Below, piece after piece: positions 1 to 14,308 of a stretch of 64,000 nt of DNA. The DNA comes from Eledone cirrhosa (lineage: Eukaryota), in contig OZ024740.1 of assembly GCA_964016885.1 (NCBI GenBank), positions 356,624,001-356,688,000 on the forward strand. The letters run 5' to 3'. The notes beneath the pieces are model-generated. The model was given only the letters and a program-made list of their open reading frames with translations. It made no database searches and was not told the origin of the DNA. How positions within the stretch are numbered: the stretch's first letter is position 1; each line of letters begins with the position of its first letter. Position numbers and translations under genes: made by a program.

Positions 1-538
1 AGGTTGCATGTTTGGGTGATGGGGAAACCGGTGTGTACATGGGGTGGGGTGTAAGTCGGTGTGTGTGTGTGGATTGAGAGGGGGTCAGAGGATGCTGGGT
101 GTGTGTTTGTGGGGATACGCACGTGTGTGTGTGTGTTTTTGTGTGGTGTGGATGTATGGTTGCGTGGTGCGAAAATAGTGTAAGTGTTTGTGTGTGTGTG
201 TTCCTGGATGTTTTTCCACGGATTGTGGGAACGGATGTTGAAGATTCCGAGCGTAGAAGTGTGGATGACTGGAGCGGTTGGCTGGTGGTGTAAAATCCTT
301 GGTATATTATTGAGGAAGTGGGGTGCGCGCGCAACAGGAAGTGGTCATATATAAATATACTACAGCGGTTCATTTTCATCGGCACAGGTTGAACATGCTG
401 GTCCTCAGGGATAACGAAACGTACGTAACTGGTATGGCGCCTTTGTTGTAACTAGCCTAACTACTTATATTCAAGCTCGTTCTACGGACTTGAATTCCTC
501 TATACCTTGTGTATTCACCTATCTATTACTACTACATA

Positions 539-574
<36 letters not shown>

Positions 575-632
575 TGTATGTATGTATGTATGTATGTATG
601 TATGTATGTATGTATGTATGTATGTATGTATG

Positions 633-1243
633 TCAGGTCACCAGTTGGTTCTACTGGTAACATGTATCCCAGTACAACCTGTCTCATGGTCGGGTCGTTG
701 GCGACTAAACTGGCAACCCCACCAAGGTTTCTTGATGAGGAGGGTGACTTTGGACATCCTGCAGGACTAAAAACAAAACCTGTCAAAGGGCAAAGGACCT
801 CTTAAGAGTCAATGGCCATCCAAAATCACCGGGAGAGATGACCCATTAGCCTTTGTCAAGGAAGAATTCTAGGAGAAGGAAAACTCTGATATAACACCTG
901 CAACCCTGATGGTATCCAATGATGTTGACTTGTTCTTCTTTTTGGTAAATATCATCTTCTTCAAGAGAGTGGGACTGGCTTTGTGCAGTGCCTTTGCTCA
1001 CTATAAAAGCTTCACGGCACAGGCATTTCTTTATATCTGGAGATCTCTCTGCACTTGTCGTCACATGGTACCATGGGCCCAGCACTATGTGACAATAATT
1101 GTCACAGGTGTAGTGTTTGTACCAGAGTTTTCAAGTCGCTGGCTGGATTAAAAAGTCACACTCGTTCAGCGCATCGGTAGGGGTTCTCCTACATGGATAT
1201 AAAGTAGTGGCCGTACTCGAAAACGAGTTGGCAGGCAGCCACC
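633..1243 (-). mobile_element. ~610-bp non-coding interspersed repeat (SINE-like/non-autonomous retroelement), copy 1, flanked by (TATG)n
   Basis: Reverse complement of 24610-25216 and 63279-63885 at high identity. Both ends abut (CATA)n/(TATG)n. No long ORF. Confidence 0.8.
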
Positions 1244-1268
1244 ATGTATGTATGTATGTTTATTGGTT

Positions 1269-1368
<100 letters not shown>

Positions 1369-2859
1369 TGTGCATGTGTGTTGTTAGTGTATTTATATGT
1401 GCATGTGCATACATGTGTATACATCTACAAGAAGTCGGCCGAGACGTAAATGACTACACATGAAACTTAAATGTACAGATTTTTTAATGGAACTATATAA
1501 GTAAATTGATTATGACTATAAAAAGCTAATGTTAAATGTTTCATAGTTACTAGGTGTGTCAGATTATTAGAAATAACTATTATATATTTCTCTTAGAAAG
1601 TTTGATGATTCTATTTCATCTACACATATCCATTCGAAACAATCGATTATTTGTAAAGACAATTGTTGTATTGGTTGTCTTCAGAGATCGATAAACAGCG
1701 AACATTGATCGTTGGTTATTAGTGATTCCCATATCCCACGTTTAATTTCACTGAATCAACACCATGCCTAATGTATATATCGACTATTTAGCTACGTGCT
1801 TGATTAATTAGACAAGACAGCAACTCACACAAAACACCTACTGCTTTTCTTTAAAATGATTTTATACGATTTGCTTCGTGATTGTAACAAGACGACAGAA
1901 ATATATAATGTTATAATATGAATACTGTTTTTGACGAGGAACAATACCATTTATATAGACGAGTAGATCGAAATAAGAATATTGTTTAGTCTTTAACAAC
2001 TAATTTCACAGTGGAACGTAATGGTATTTTGAAATTAAATCAACGTGGGTATTATAATACTGTTCTCGCACTATTGTACTTGCTGACATAAAAGCGCTTA
2101 TTTTCTTGGAAGAAGGATTTAATATCTTTCAGATTGAAGAATCCCGTGTATTATTACTTTCTCAAAAAATTGACAATAGGTAAAGATTTTGGTGACTAAC
2201 TACAATGTTTGTAGAGCCATTGTACGGCAGTCAAATTATATAGGTAGACAGATCGTATGAGGTGCAGTACTACAGGAGTCACTGACGCTGAACTATGCTT
2301 TTTGCTGTTTGGTGAGGGAGGGAAGAACAGTATTTTTCGAAACCTCTGAAACTCGTGTAAGGATCGACCCAAGAATTTGTCTCTTATACTTGGAACAGAG
2401 GGAACTCTACTGAGGCATCTAATGGTGGTGTTACGTCGGGTGATATATGACATCTACTACCTAACAATCACTAATATATTTAACCCCATCATCGTTTAAC
2501 TATATTTTAATGCAGTTTATTAATAATAACACTAGAATTCCTAATTACAAATAAGACTAATTTTGGTCATCGTGTTGAGGCCGTTATTTAGTATCAGTTA
2601 TAACCACCAATTTATCTAGCAGTAGTAAATTGTAGTTGTATTCGACAACAAATAGGAGTCACGAACAACCGATTCCAGCACCTTATCTGAATTACCCAAC
2701 GAATGCGAACATGCCTCACACAAGCATCCAGTGAGTACCAACTATATTTAGGAACTGCCAAATCCTTTTCACTCAAAGTGCAAAATGCACTTCTCATTAT
2801 CTGACTCCTGTGAAATGATAAATAATTGAAATTCTAGGTCAAAATGCGTATAAAAAAAC

Positions 2860-2907
<48 letters not shown>

Positions 2908-3661
2908 AACATGTGTGTGTGTGTGTGTGTGTCTGTGTATCTCTCTCTGTGTGTCTGTGTGTGTCTATGTGTGTGTATATGTGTGTGTCTGTGTGTGTCT
3001 GTGTGTCTGTGTCTCTGTCTGTGTGTCTCTGTGTGTGTGTATGTGTGTGTATGTGTGTGTGTATGTGTGTGTATGTGTGTGTGTGTGTGTGTGTGTTTGT
3101 TTGTGTATGCGTGTGTGTGTATGTGTGAGTCTGTGTGTGTGTGTGAGTGTGTGCTACATGGGTTAACTGGATAGACTACTGATATGAATTTAGATAAATA
3201 ATTGATAAGGTAATATACACAAGAACAAAAGGAAAATGACTCAATTGATTGAATGTTGTTTCTTTTACTTAAATGTAGAAAGAAAACTAAAAACTGATAA
3301 TAATTTTCTTCCTCAAATAAGAAATGAGATTATTTGAAAATATTCAGAATCAATTTCACAGAATGTATTAGCAGGCTTAGCAGAAAATCTAATCGTTGTT
3401 TCCAAGAGTCGAAATAGCTGTCAACAAGCTTCGGTCTCATATTACCTCACCAGCATTGTATGCTTTGATCATTTGAATGCTTTGATCAAAGTGTACTTTA
3501 ATAATTTGATAAATTTTATATTGAGAAAACTGCCAGTATATTCTGCATGACTAAAAGACAAAATGAGCTAAGGGAAATATCCCAAGTGGGTAAATGGCAG
3601 GAATTTAGATAAACATGTTAATAGACAATATATTTCAAATAATTTTAGCAGATAGATCTGT

Positions 3662-3762
<101 letters not shown>

Positions 3763-3796
3763 ACACTCACACATATATATATATATATATATAAAT

Positions 3797-4530
3797 ATAG
3801 AAAGATTTGAATGGATACAGTTTAGTTGAAAGGAATTTATTGACACGTGTTTCTATAAAAGTTACATAACCTAAAACAGCTGCTATCTACAAACTTTTAG
3901 TTATGCAGACATTCAATATTTCAATGTTATTATTTACTGTCATTTCATCAGAATAATATTACTGAGGACCTATTTAGTTTTTATAGAGAATATTAGGAGG
4001 GAGGGGTGAAGTTGTTAGAAGAATAGTTGAAGGAGTGGTTTTTCGATAGCAGTGAGAATTCTTGGTGGCAGTGAGTAATTAGATTCCCATCTGTTGTTTT
4101 GACATTTTTTATAGAATATATTATTGGTTATTTTTCTAAATCTATAGAAGGATTAGAGATAGTAAAGATATGCGTGGTTGGTTTTGTGTTTGCACTTAAT
4201 TAACATTCAGACTTAAATTTTTCTTTCAAGTGTACGTATCCTTTCACCCACGCATTCACACACAAATATATTTGCACACCTCTACAAAATACATATACTC
4301 ACAATTCACATATTCATACTTACATATATATACACATGCATACACATATATATACACACATGTATTCATGTACATACATACGCGCTCATGTGTATACATT
4401 TTCATACTCAACTTATCTTTATATACACACGTATAGACACATACATATATACATACTTACTCTAGTCCATGTGTACACACATACACATACATACACATCT
4501 ATATACACATATATACATACATATACATAC

Positions 4531-4609
<79 letters not shown>

Positions 4610-6250
4610 CACACATATATATACACATACATATACATATATATATAAGCACTTTAATACATGAATACACTTACATCTAACTATACACATCAAACATATA
4701 TATATATTTACTTATTTATATACTTTTTCACATATATATACATACTTATGGACGTTTTTAGACACATTCATTATCGCATATTTGCACCTATTCTCATCAG
4801 CATATCTTTCCATTATTAGTGTGGTAATTTAAGGTTATTAATATATGTTGAGAAGAGATTGTTTTTATATTTTTCTAGCTAGATTAATGTTTATATAGTT
4901 GGGGGATGTCCCTCTTTTATGTAATATTCGGCTTGTAGTGGGAAAAAAGGGTTTTAGTTCTGTGACGGCAGAATAATGCTCGTTCAATTCTGTTATTCAG
5001 CAGTTTCTTCTTGTGTGTGATTATGTAATAAATCTCAAGATTACACAATTTGCAGAAATTTTGGCTCCTGGAAAAGCTTTGGGTTTTAGCTAATTTCTCC
5101 CATTTTAGGGTAAACTTTTGATCGCTATCCCTGAGCGTCCAAGCTTTTTCTGCTAAAGTTGTTACATTTCTTTGGCTCTGTATGACAGTCTTATGGTATA
5201 ACCCCGAATACAATAGTTCCATTAGTACAAATTTACCAGTACTCTTCTTTAAAATAATTAAAAGACATTTTCCCACATCACACAAATACCACAAAATCCT
5301 AAACCCTACCACTATAAGACTGTCATACTCTACAGCGTTAAACCTTGAACAACACATAAAAAAGATCAATACTAGAAGGTTAAACGAAAACACTAAGAAC
5401 TTAAGTACAAAGAACACAAAAAAACAGTAGACAATACACTACAGAACATAAATAAACCACACCTAAGTTCGTCCGCAATACTACTCCAGAGAAAACCCAA
5501 CGTACACAACTGTAACTGCACCTATCCTGACAACTGCCCCCTCGGCAATAACTGCCTGGAAAAAAATATTATTTATAAGTGTACCATTAAATCCGGAGGC
5601 AACGAGTGGTATTACGTGGCATCAACGGCAACATCGTTTAAATCTAGATTGTATAGGCATTCTTACTCAATAAAACACCAGAGCCAAAGAAATGTAACAA
5701 CTTTAGCAGAAAAAGCTTGGACGCTCAGGGATAGCGATCAAAAGTTTACCCTAAAATGGGAGAAATTAGCTAAAACCCAAAGCTTTTCCAGGAGCCAAAA
5801 TTTCTGCAAATTGTGTAATCTTGAGATTTATTACATAATCACACACAAGAAGAAACTGCTGAATAACAGAATTGAACGAACATTATTCTGCCGTCACAGA
5901 ACTAAAACCCTTTTTTTCCCACTACAAGCCGAATATTACATAAAAGAGGGACATCCCCCAACTATATAAACATTAATCTAGCTAGAAAAATATAAAAACA
6001 ATCTCTTCTCAACATATATTAATAACCTTAAATTACCACACTAATAATGGAAAGATATGCTGATGAGAATAGGTGCAAATATGCGATAATGAATGTGTCT
6101 AAAAACGTCCATAAGTATGTATATATATGTGAAAATGTATATAAATAAGTAAATATATATATATGTTTGATGTGTATAGTTAGATGTAAGTGTATTCATG
6201 TATTAAAGTGCTTATATATATATGTATATGTATGTGTATATATATGTGTG

Positions 6251-6293
<43 letters not shown>

Positions 6294-7133
6294 GTATATG
6301 TATGTATATATGTGTATATAGATGTGTATGTATGTGTATGTGTGTACACATGGACTAGAGTAAGTATGTATATATGTGTGTGTCTATACGTGTGTATATA
6401 AAGATAAGTTGAGTATGTAAATGTATACACATGAGCGCGTATGTATGTACATGAATACATGTGTGTATATATATGTGTATGCATGTGTATATATATGTAA
6501 GTATGAATATGTGAATTGTGAGTATATGTATTTTGTAGAGGTGTGCAAATATATTTGTGTGTGAATGCGTGGGTGAAAGGATACGTACACTTGAAAGAAA
6601 AATTTAAGTCTGAATGTTAATTAAGTGCAAACACAAAACCAACCACGCATATCTTTACTATCTCTAATCCTTCTATAGATTTAGAAAAATAACCAATAAT
6701 ATATTCTATAAAAAATGTCAAAACAACAGATGGGAATCTAATTACTCACTGCCACCAAGAATTCTCACTGCTATCGAAAAACCACTCCTTCAACTATTCT
6801 TCTAACAACTTCACCCCTCCCTCCTAATATTCTCTATAAAAACTAAATAGGTCCTCAGTAATATTATTCTGATGAAATGACAGTAAATAATAACATTGAA
6901 ATATTGAATGTCTGCATAACTAAAAGTTTGTAGATAGCAGCTGTTTTAGGTTATGTAACTGTTATAGAAACACGTGTCAATAAATTCCTTTCAACTAAAC
7001 TGTATCCATTCAAATCTTTCTATTTTTCTGCGGATTACTTTTGGAACTACAACTGAAACCGTCGAGCAAACTCTACGTGAGCTGATAATCTACTGTGTGT
7101 AATATTTATATTACAACACAACGGAAAATACTT
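3797..7133 (+). mobile_element. 5'-truncated Hydra-like Penelope element (thumb/GIY-YIG end plus 3' UTR) with a ~1.35-kb inverted duplication
   Basis: 5182-5430 gives WYNPEYN..FFKIIKRHFP..IRLSYST. About 5510-5560 gives CNC..CPL..NCL. 5616-5969 gives STATSFKSRLYRH..CKLCNLE..CRH. 3797-5180 is the reverse complement of 5679-7023. (TA)n lies on both flanks. Confidence 0.85.
6862..6912 (+). ncRNA. Hammerhead-like motif, degenerate (mirror copy near 3910-3955 on the minus strand)
   Basis: CTGATGA (6869) AATG...CATT GAAA (6898). Stem I and the cleavage triplet are imperfect. Confidence 0.4.
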
Positions 7134-7207
<74 letters not shown>

Positions 7208-7208
<1 letters not shown>

Positions 7209-10180
7209 CTTTGATAACTTTGATAGGTTTCGGCCAGTATTGACCCACGCCATGTCTAACTTAATAGCACCACCTGGCGAAGTCTGACAAATCAGTGTTT
7301 GGGCACCATGGCCTACTCGAGGAGAGAGTTATTGTTTACGGAGGCATATCTGGGTGTAGGAGGCTTATCCGGAATTTCTTGAAGGAATTTATCGAAAGAT
7401 TTCTTGAACTTAATGGGGTCTGTCTCTGCTTTGATGTGTTGTGGTGTAATGTTAAAGAGAGCAGGGCTAATTGAGGTGAAATAAGTGTGCCGTATTGTTG
7501 TTATGAGATGCGAGTGAGATATTTGTCGTGGGCGGATAACACAGGGCCCAAGCCTTGGGTATCCATTAAAAGTGATGCCAACATCATTTGGGCAAAGCTG
7601 ATGGGGTATTTTCCACATCATGTAGCGCTCACGGCGACGCTGAAGAGAATAAAGGTTGAGCTTTTCTAATCGACTCCAATAGTCAAGGCCTGTCATGCCA
7701 TCTATCTTTTTTGTAATTGACCTTTGGGGTGCTTCAACTTTCATGATACTTTGTTTCGTGTGGGGAGACCACAGTCGACAACAGTATTCAAGGTGGGGTC
7801 GGGCAAAAGTGGAGAAGAGAAGGATAACAGTGTGGTTGTCTCTCGACTGGAACGTTCTGAGAATACAGGAACACATTATTCGGACCATATCAACTTTGCT
7901 GTTTATACGAGTGGCCCAGCTTATGTTGCTGTCCACAATTACTCCCAGGTCTCTGATGTTATTGGAAGCCACCAGAGCTTCACCCGAAGAAAGAGTGTAT
8001 GATAGTTTCAGGACATCCTTTTTTCCAAAGTGGATTAATTCAAACTTATCCTAAATCAACAGCATATTATTCTTTTCTGCACATTGGATAACAGCCATTA
8101 GGTCTTACTGAAGGCAAGTCCGGTCACCCACCTCATTAATGACCCTTTGGAGCTTGGAATCATCTGCGGAGATTCTTATGTTGCTGTGCCTGTTGATGTC
8201 AGTAATGTAGATGATGAAAAAAAGTGGGCCCAACACAGTGCCTTGTGCGACGCCACTGCTGACTTTGGCAGGGCCTGATTTTACTCCTTCGACTACAGCA
8301 TGTGGGGTTCTGTCTGTCAGGAAACATTTGATCTAATGTAGTAACCTTCCAGAGACACCAACATTGGATGGTTTTTTCAGTAGAATCTTATGATCAACCC
8401 TGTCAGAGGTCTTGCTGAAATCAAGGTAGATGACATCAGTGTTGGAGCCCTCTCCCAAGGCTCTCAAAACATCGTCAAAATGACGCAGGAGCTGCGTTAG
8501 GCAGTCCCTTCCATTACGGAACCCATGTTGGTTGGAGTTCAGCAGGCCGTTGCTTTCAAGAAAGTGGGTTATTCGTGATCTCACCACCCTCACAAATACC
8601 TTGATAATATTAGAGGTGAGTGAGATCGGACGGTAGTTCACTGCAAGGGACTTATTTCCTTTGTGAAGACTGGGACAATGGACTAGGACGGAACGTTTTC
8701 AGGAATATAGTCAGTGTCCAGTGAGTTCCTCCACGGATTATCAAGAGGAGATGCAAGTTGGTTTCGACACCTTAAGGACACAAGCAGGGAACCTGTCGAG
8801 GCCTACTACTGAATTGTGTTTAATTTCGTTTATTGCCCCTAAGACTTCAGGGGCGCCAAACGTTATGTCTGATATAGTGTGTTGGGGATTAACATCACTG
8901 ATACAGCCCAGATCGGCCCAGATCGGCCATATCAGGATTGCTGAAAACAGAGCAGTATTGTTTCTGCAGTATCTCGCCCATGGATTTGGCATTGTCTTGG
9001 AGTGTGCCATTTTAATCAACTAGAGGACCAACTGTGGAGACGGTGACCTTGTGGTTTTTAGCAAATGAAAAGAATACTTTCGGGTTGAGTTTGATTTTCT
9101 AAATGGCCCACCTCCGTTCAGCTATTCTCTGGTTAATGATTATGGTCATCATGCATTGCTGGAGGTTATATATATTTTTACTCAGGCAGGGCGATAGGCA
9201 TCGAGTGTGTTGCTGTTGGCATTATTTTAGTGTGTTAATTATTTTGTTGGTTCTTTTTATTTTTCTGATAATTGTTTTTCTGTTTTGGGGGATACTGCAC
9301 TTGGTTTTGTTCACAGGTTTTGGTGGGGTGTGTTTTGTACATATATTTGTGACAGGGTCTACAAAGGTCTGACAAGATGTGTTGATGTTGGTGGAAGTGT
9401 GTGCGTGTGTAAAAGACCAGTCGACATGTGATAGTTCGTTCATAATTGCATCCCAGTTGGCATTGTAGAGATCCATGTTATCAAATGGTGAGTTGGAAAG
9501 ATGGCCCTGGGATTAGCTTTCGGGTGGTGGAATCTCAGGTTACAAAGAACCATGTCATGGTCTGAGAGAAGGGTTTTTTCCACTGTAATATTATGGATAG
9601 TGTTAGTGTGGTTACTAAACACTAGATCCAGAATGTTCTTCTGATGCCTCGTTGGTGCAAGGACAAGTTGGGACAAGAAGAACTCATTCAGGAAGTCAAG
9701 AAGTGACTCGACAGCTTCTTTGTCAGTGGTTGAGGTTGTGGTGCCTGATTTCAAACTACATGTAGACCAATCGACACAGGGTTGATTAAAGTCTCCCATC
9801 AAAAGTATGTTGCTAGAATGGCACTGTTTAATAAAGCATTTAATACTGTTGAGGCATTCTTTGAAGCAGATTATGGGTGTTTGTGGTGGCCTATAGAGCC
9901 CAACTAATGTCAGGTCATTGGCTTTATTGTGCACAGTGACTGATTCACAGTAGCCATTGGAGAATGATGTGTTGCCGTAAAGGAATCATGCAGGAAAATG
10001 GCAGTTCCACCCTTACTTCTGCCAACACGATCCGCACGGATGGTTGTGAAATTTCTCACTCTTACTTCGGCCTCCAAGTGGGAGTTGTCAAGGTGGGTCT
10101 CAGTAAGAATGAAGAAGGGGATGTGAAATGGAATCTTTGCCACACAATTATGTATTCATTTGATGACATCTGCATTCACG
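7208..10180 (-). mobile_element. CR1-type LINE ORF2 (APE endonuclease plus RT), 5'-truncated and frameshifted
   Basis: EN motifs LTETHL, RADR..GG, LYRPP, MGDFN, LDLVF and SDH (9440-10143). RT motifs NYRPISLTS, QHGFR, YLDFSK..D.VDH and RPHLEYC..WSP (7313-8641). The tail is an 8-bp tandem repeat (TCAAAGTTA/TCAAAGTTA) next to (TA)n. Confidence 0.9.
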
Positions 10181-12042
10181 ATTGAGAAATTACTTTATAC
10201 AATAAAGATATATGTCCACAAACATTTGACTAAACTTTATTTGTTCCAATCTAATATATGTTTAACGCAGCCTAAAGCCTTCTTATATTATATCTAACTT
10301 TGAGTCAAAATAGATAGAAGATATCTGAATTAATTTCCAATACCATTGTCACATCTACACTATCAGCTGATTTGCATTTTTTGCACCTTTTAGTATGGCG
10401 GATATTTAAATATATTTACATTACCAATAATATTTAATACGACCCTAAAGTAGGTAGTGCTGGACTCTGAAAAAGATTTCTTCTAGTTGTTCATAAATTT
10501 GCACCTTTTTCAGTAACCCCTAATATTTTAATATTATTATAAGACTTTAAATAATATGTTTGCCATCCTAAAATGGAGAAATTTCAATTTTTAAAAGTTA
10601 AATTTTTTTTTTAACTAGTTAAGTTTTTCCAAATATCTAAAATTAAAGTTAATTTAAGTACTTTTTGTAATTAAAACAAATGTTAATTTCTCTTGTTTAT
10701 TAATGTCATATTAAAAATGTTAACTGTAGATAAATAACATTGATATGATGTCTACTGCAAAGAAGCTGAAGTTAGATACCAGCAGTAAGGTTAGACAGTG
10801 GTGTGATGATTATGTTAGATATGGATTTCATAAAGCTGACACTAAAAAAGATACACCAGATCAGCCCATGTGTTTGCTATGTTCAAAAGTTCTATCAAAT
10901 AGCTGTTTAAATCCTGCAAAACTTAAAAGACACATTGATACTAATCACACCAATGATAAAAACAAGTCACTGGAATACTTTACTTCGCTGAAAAACAACA
11001 TAAAAAAATCACAAGCTAATATGTATGACTTGTTTTGTAAAAAGTCAGATAGAAATAAAGCTTTAACAAGAACATCTTTTGAGATTTCACATTTGATTGG
11101 TAAAAACAAGAAACCATTTACATTAGGAGAACAGTTAATTCTGCCAAGTATAAAAATTGCTACAGAGAATCTTTTGAAAGCTGCAGTATTAAGGACAAAG
11201 AAAAATTAAGCCAGTTACCATTGTCAGCAAATACCGTAAAAAGAGGGATAATTGACATTTATTCTGATATTAAAAATCAGATACTAACTGCACTAAAGAA
11301 AAGCCCATGTTTTTGTCTGCAAGTGGACGAAACTACGGATATTAATAACAAGGTTCAATTAATTTGCTATGTACGGTTTGTAGACCTTGATAAAAAAGAA
11401 TTAGTAGAAGAGTATTTGTTTTGTCTGACATTAGACATCACAACTAAAGGTCAAGATATATTCAATAAAATTGAAGAGTATTTTTTAAAAAATGTTGTAT
11501 CTTGGAGCAAGTTGATTTCAATAACAACAGATGGAGCAGCTGCAATGACTGGTAAAAATTCTGGTTTGATTGCAAAAATTAAAGAACAGACCCTAAATTG
11601 TATTTCAAATCATTGTATGATTCATCGAGAGGTTTTGTGTTAAAAAAAATTCAAAGACAGAGATGCTCAAATATTAAATGACCAGCTGAAAGACATTGTC
11701 AAAATTATCAATTTGATCCATGCAAGAGCAAAAAATTCTAGAATATTTGAATCTATTTGTGAATCTTCTGGAAGTAATTATAATAGATTGTTATTGAACA
11801 ATGATGTGCGTTGGCTGTCTTTTGGGGATGCTATGAAGAGAGTTTTTGAACTGAGAGAAGAAATAATAGTTTTTCTAAAAAAACAGAATGATGAAAGAGC
11901 AAGTGTATTAGAAACCAATGAATGGAATGTGCAACTCGCTTATTTAGTAGACATTTTTGGTCAACTGAACAAACTAAATAAGTGTCTTCAGGGTAGCAAT
12001 GCAGATATGTTTACTTCAATCAATTTTATTACATATTTTCAA

Positions 12043-12388
12043 GGAATGCCCTGAAGAATTTGTTGACAATACAAAGCCAGATAATGATAAAATAGGTAGG
12101 AAAGCTAAAGATGAAATCCATCAATTCAAAGAAGCCATCTTTCCCAGTGACTACAACCCAGATAACAAGAAGAAGCGAGCTTCAGGAAGTGATGCATCAC
12201 ATGAATCTAGCAAACGTCCACTTACTGACCAAGACTTGAAAGTATTGTGCATGGAGTGAAAGCTGGAAAAACTTAAACTGACTGAACTAGGAAAAATTAT
12301 GAGAGAAAATGATATCAAATGTTTTGCAAAGAAAAAGAAAGAATTAATTGATGCCATCAACAACCATTATGGTGTCAGTGGCACATAG
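12043..12388 (+). pseudogene. XRCC6: Retroposed 3' fragment of Ku70 (C-terminal arm plus SAP domain), one in-frame TGA
   Basis: ECPEEFVDNTKPDNDKIGRKAKDEIHQFKEAIFPSDYNPDNKKKR..SKRP..LKVLCME*KLEKLKLTELGKIMRENDIKCFAKKKKELIDAINNHYGVSGT* parallels the Ku70 C-terminus as I recall it (EPEQAVDLTLP..EFKELVYPPDYNP..SKRPK..LKKQELLEALTKHF). AATAAA follows near 12464. Confidence 0.8.
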
Positions 12389-12481
12389 ATCACCAAAACA
12401 GTTAATATATAATAGACATTACAAGCAATGAATGTCAAAGATTGAATTAAGTCTGGGTAAAAAATAAAATAATACACACAT

Positions 12482-12821
12482 GGAGGCACATGGCTTAGCG
12501 GTTAGAGCATTGGCCTTGCAATCGAAAGGTTGTGAGTTCAATTCTCAGATCGGGTGATGTGTTGTTTCCTTGAGCAAGACACTTTATTTCACATTGCTCC
12601 AGTTTACTCAGCTGTAGAAATGAGATGATAGGGACTGGGGCCCATATCATTCCACTGCAAAGTGGTCGTGGAGGTGCCACGGCAAAAAAAAAGCACCCAG
12701 CACTCACTGTAAATGAGGTTGGTGTTAGGAAGGGCATCCAGCTGTAGAAATCAAGCCAGTATCAGTTCCCGTCCCACCCTTGCAAGCAGGGAAAAAGCGG
12801 ACGTAAAATGTAATGATGATG
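12482..12821 (+). mobile_element. tRNA-derived SINE with CORE-like central domain and (GAT)n tail
   Basis: A box TGGCTTAGCGG, B box GAGTTCAATTC, CCTTGAGCAAGACACTT core and ATGATGATGAT tail. Second copy at 49322-49664. Confidence 0.85.
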
Positions 12822-14250
12822 ATTTTCAATCAAAATTAAACATCTGTATAAAAAGAATTGAATCGGACAATTACTTTCAAACCTTGAAATAGAGCTTAAA
12901 GAGAGAAAATTTTGACTCCAGCAATCTAAAGAAGATTATTCTTTCTCATTTAAATGTGCTTTCCACGGGTTTTTCAGATTATTTTGACTTGATGGAAAAA
13001 GATATTGTTAGCGGAAATTTATGGATAAAAATCCGTTCACCGAGATCGAGCAGTTAGTGTCAGAAAATGACGCTGGAAATTGTAAAAATTTACTACCTGC
13101 CCAATGCTTACATCAGTTGATGGATTTGAATTCAAACGAAGACCTGAAAGCGATATTCGAAAGCAGAAAGAAAGAACTATGGATCGACTTATTCTTGATT
13201 GGGGAGTTTAATGAAATCAGCCAACTTGCATTGAAGTATTTGACTTTATTCCCATCTAGCTACTTGTGCGAAAAAGGGTTTTCGCAGTTGGTGGAAATCT
13301 GCACAAAGAAGAGGAATAAACTGTCAGCAATTGACGAGTGTATGAGACTGGCATTAACTAGTGTTGAACCTCGATTTTCTAAACTCACTGATGAGGCGCA
13401 GCAGCAGAAAAGCCATTGTGTTCGATTACATACACACGCATGAAACACTAAAATAAATAAATACTTTATTATTTTTTTTGAAAAGTTTTGTATTGTATAG
13501 GTTCCGTGAAGAATTCAAAATATTTAGAGGGTTCCTCGGTTTTAGAAAGGTTGGCGACCACTGATCTAAGGGACTTGGTAAGAGTCTGCACATGATGCAG
13601 GTCTCATGGCCGTTGGACAAATGGGGACCTTGTGTGCGTACACAAACAAGCTATATATATTGTGGATGTGTATAACATCTATTTCATAATAGTATATATG
13701 AGATATACATGGAGTGGATGTATACATGGAATAAATAGGGTGTGTTTCATAATAGTATATATGAAATGTACGTGGAATGTATGCATGATTGGAATATGCC
13801 AGCAGCTTGTGTTGTAGGCGTGTATATATCAACGGCAAGCAAAGTTAAAATTAACTGCGACATTAACCTTAAGACCAGCATCAGGTCTGGCATCAAAGCA
13901 GCAAATTAAACACCACGAATCGAAGATCGAAAATAAAAAATTGGAAATTTAAAAATTTGAAAATTTAAAACCACACATAGGGTTGTAGACCAAATCATAC
14001 TTATATTGAGTCGGGGTCCGCAAATTGGTGTGGTGGTGGTATCCAAGGTACGTTCCGAGGTAGGCATCGCTGGATCTGTCGTTGATATCAGCTTGTTCCG
14101 TTATGCATTCATAGGTAATCTGTGTTATATCATGGTCCGCTGCATGCGTTCCGCCTGGTATTGTGATGCCGGTAGTGCCTTAAGTAGACCCATCCGGTAT
14201 CACTAAAGCGGAGAGCGTGCATTTATGATTTCAGGTCATGATGATTTCAG

Positions 14251-14303
<53 letters not shown>

Positions 14304-14308
<5 letters not shown>

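Larger units (their letters stand above)
10745..13563 (+). mobile_element. hAT DNA transposon (Buster/Charlie-like), transposase pseudogene with right TIR
   Basis: BED-like C..C..L.RH...H finger, DETTD, TTDGAAAM, HCMIHRE, VRWLS, LAYLVDIF, and SSYLCEKGFS dimerisation domain across 10745-13443. Ends AAGGTTGGCGACCACTG (13563; reverse complement CAGTGGTCGCCAACCTT) followed by ATCTAAGG. Left TIR not found. Confidence 0.9.

Noticed and set aside
385-435. Hammerhead 3' half (GAAA CGTACG TA ACTGG)
   Set aside because: No valid CTGANGA or TTGANAA core and no stem II upstream.
12257-12259. In-frame TGA in the Ku70 fragment as selenocysteine or readthrough
   Set aside because: It is a single stop in a 5'-truncated retrocopy, most simply a point mutation; no SECIS recognised.
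12482-12555. tRNA gene
   Set aside because: A and B boxes are present but continue into a SINE body and tail, with a second dispersed copy; this is a SINE head.
10745-13443. Domesticated ZBED/SCAND-type host gene
   Set aside because: Multiple frameshifts and stops, a retro-insertion and a retained TIR indicate a dead transposon.
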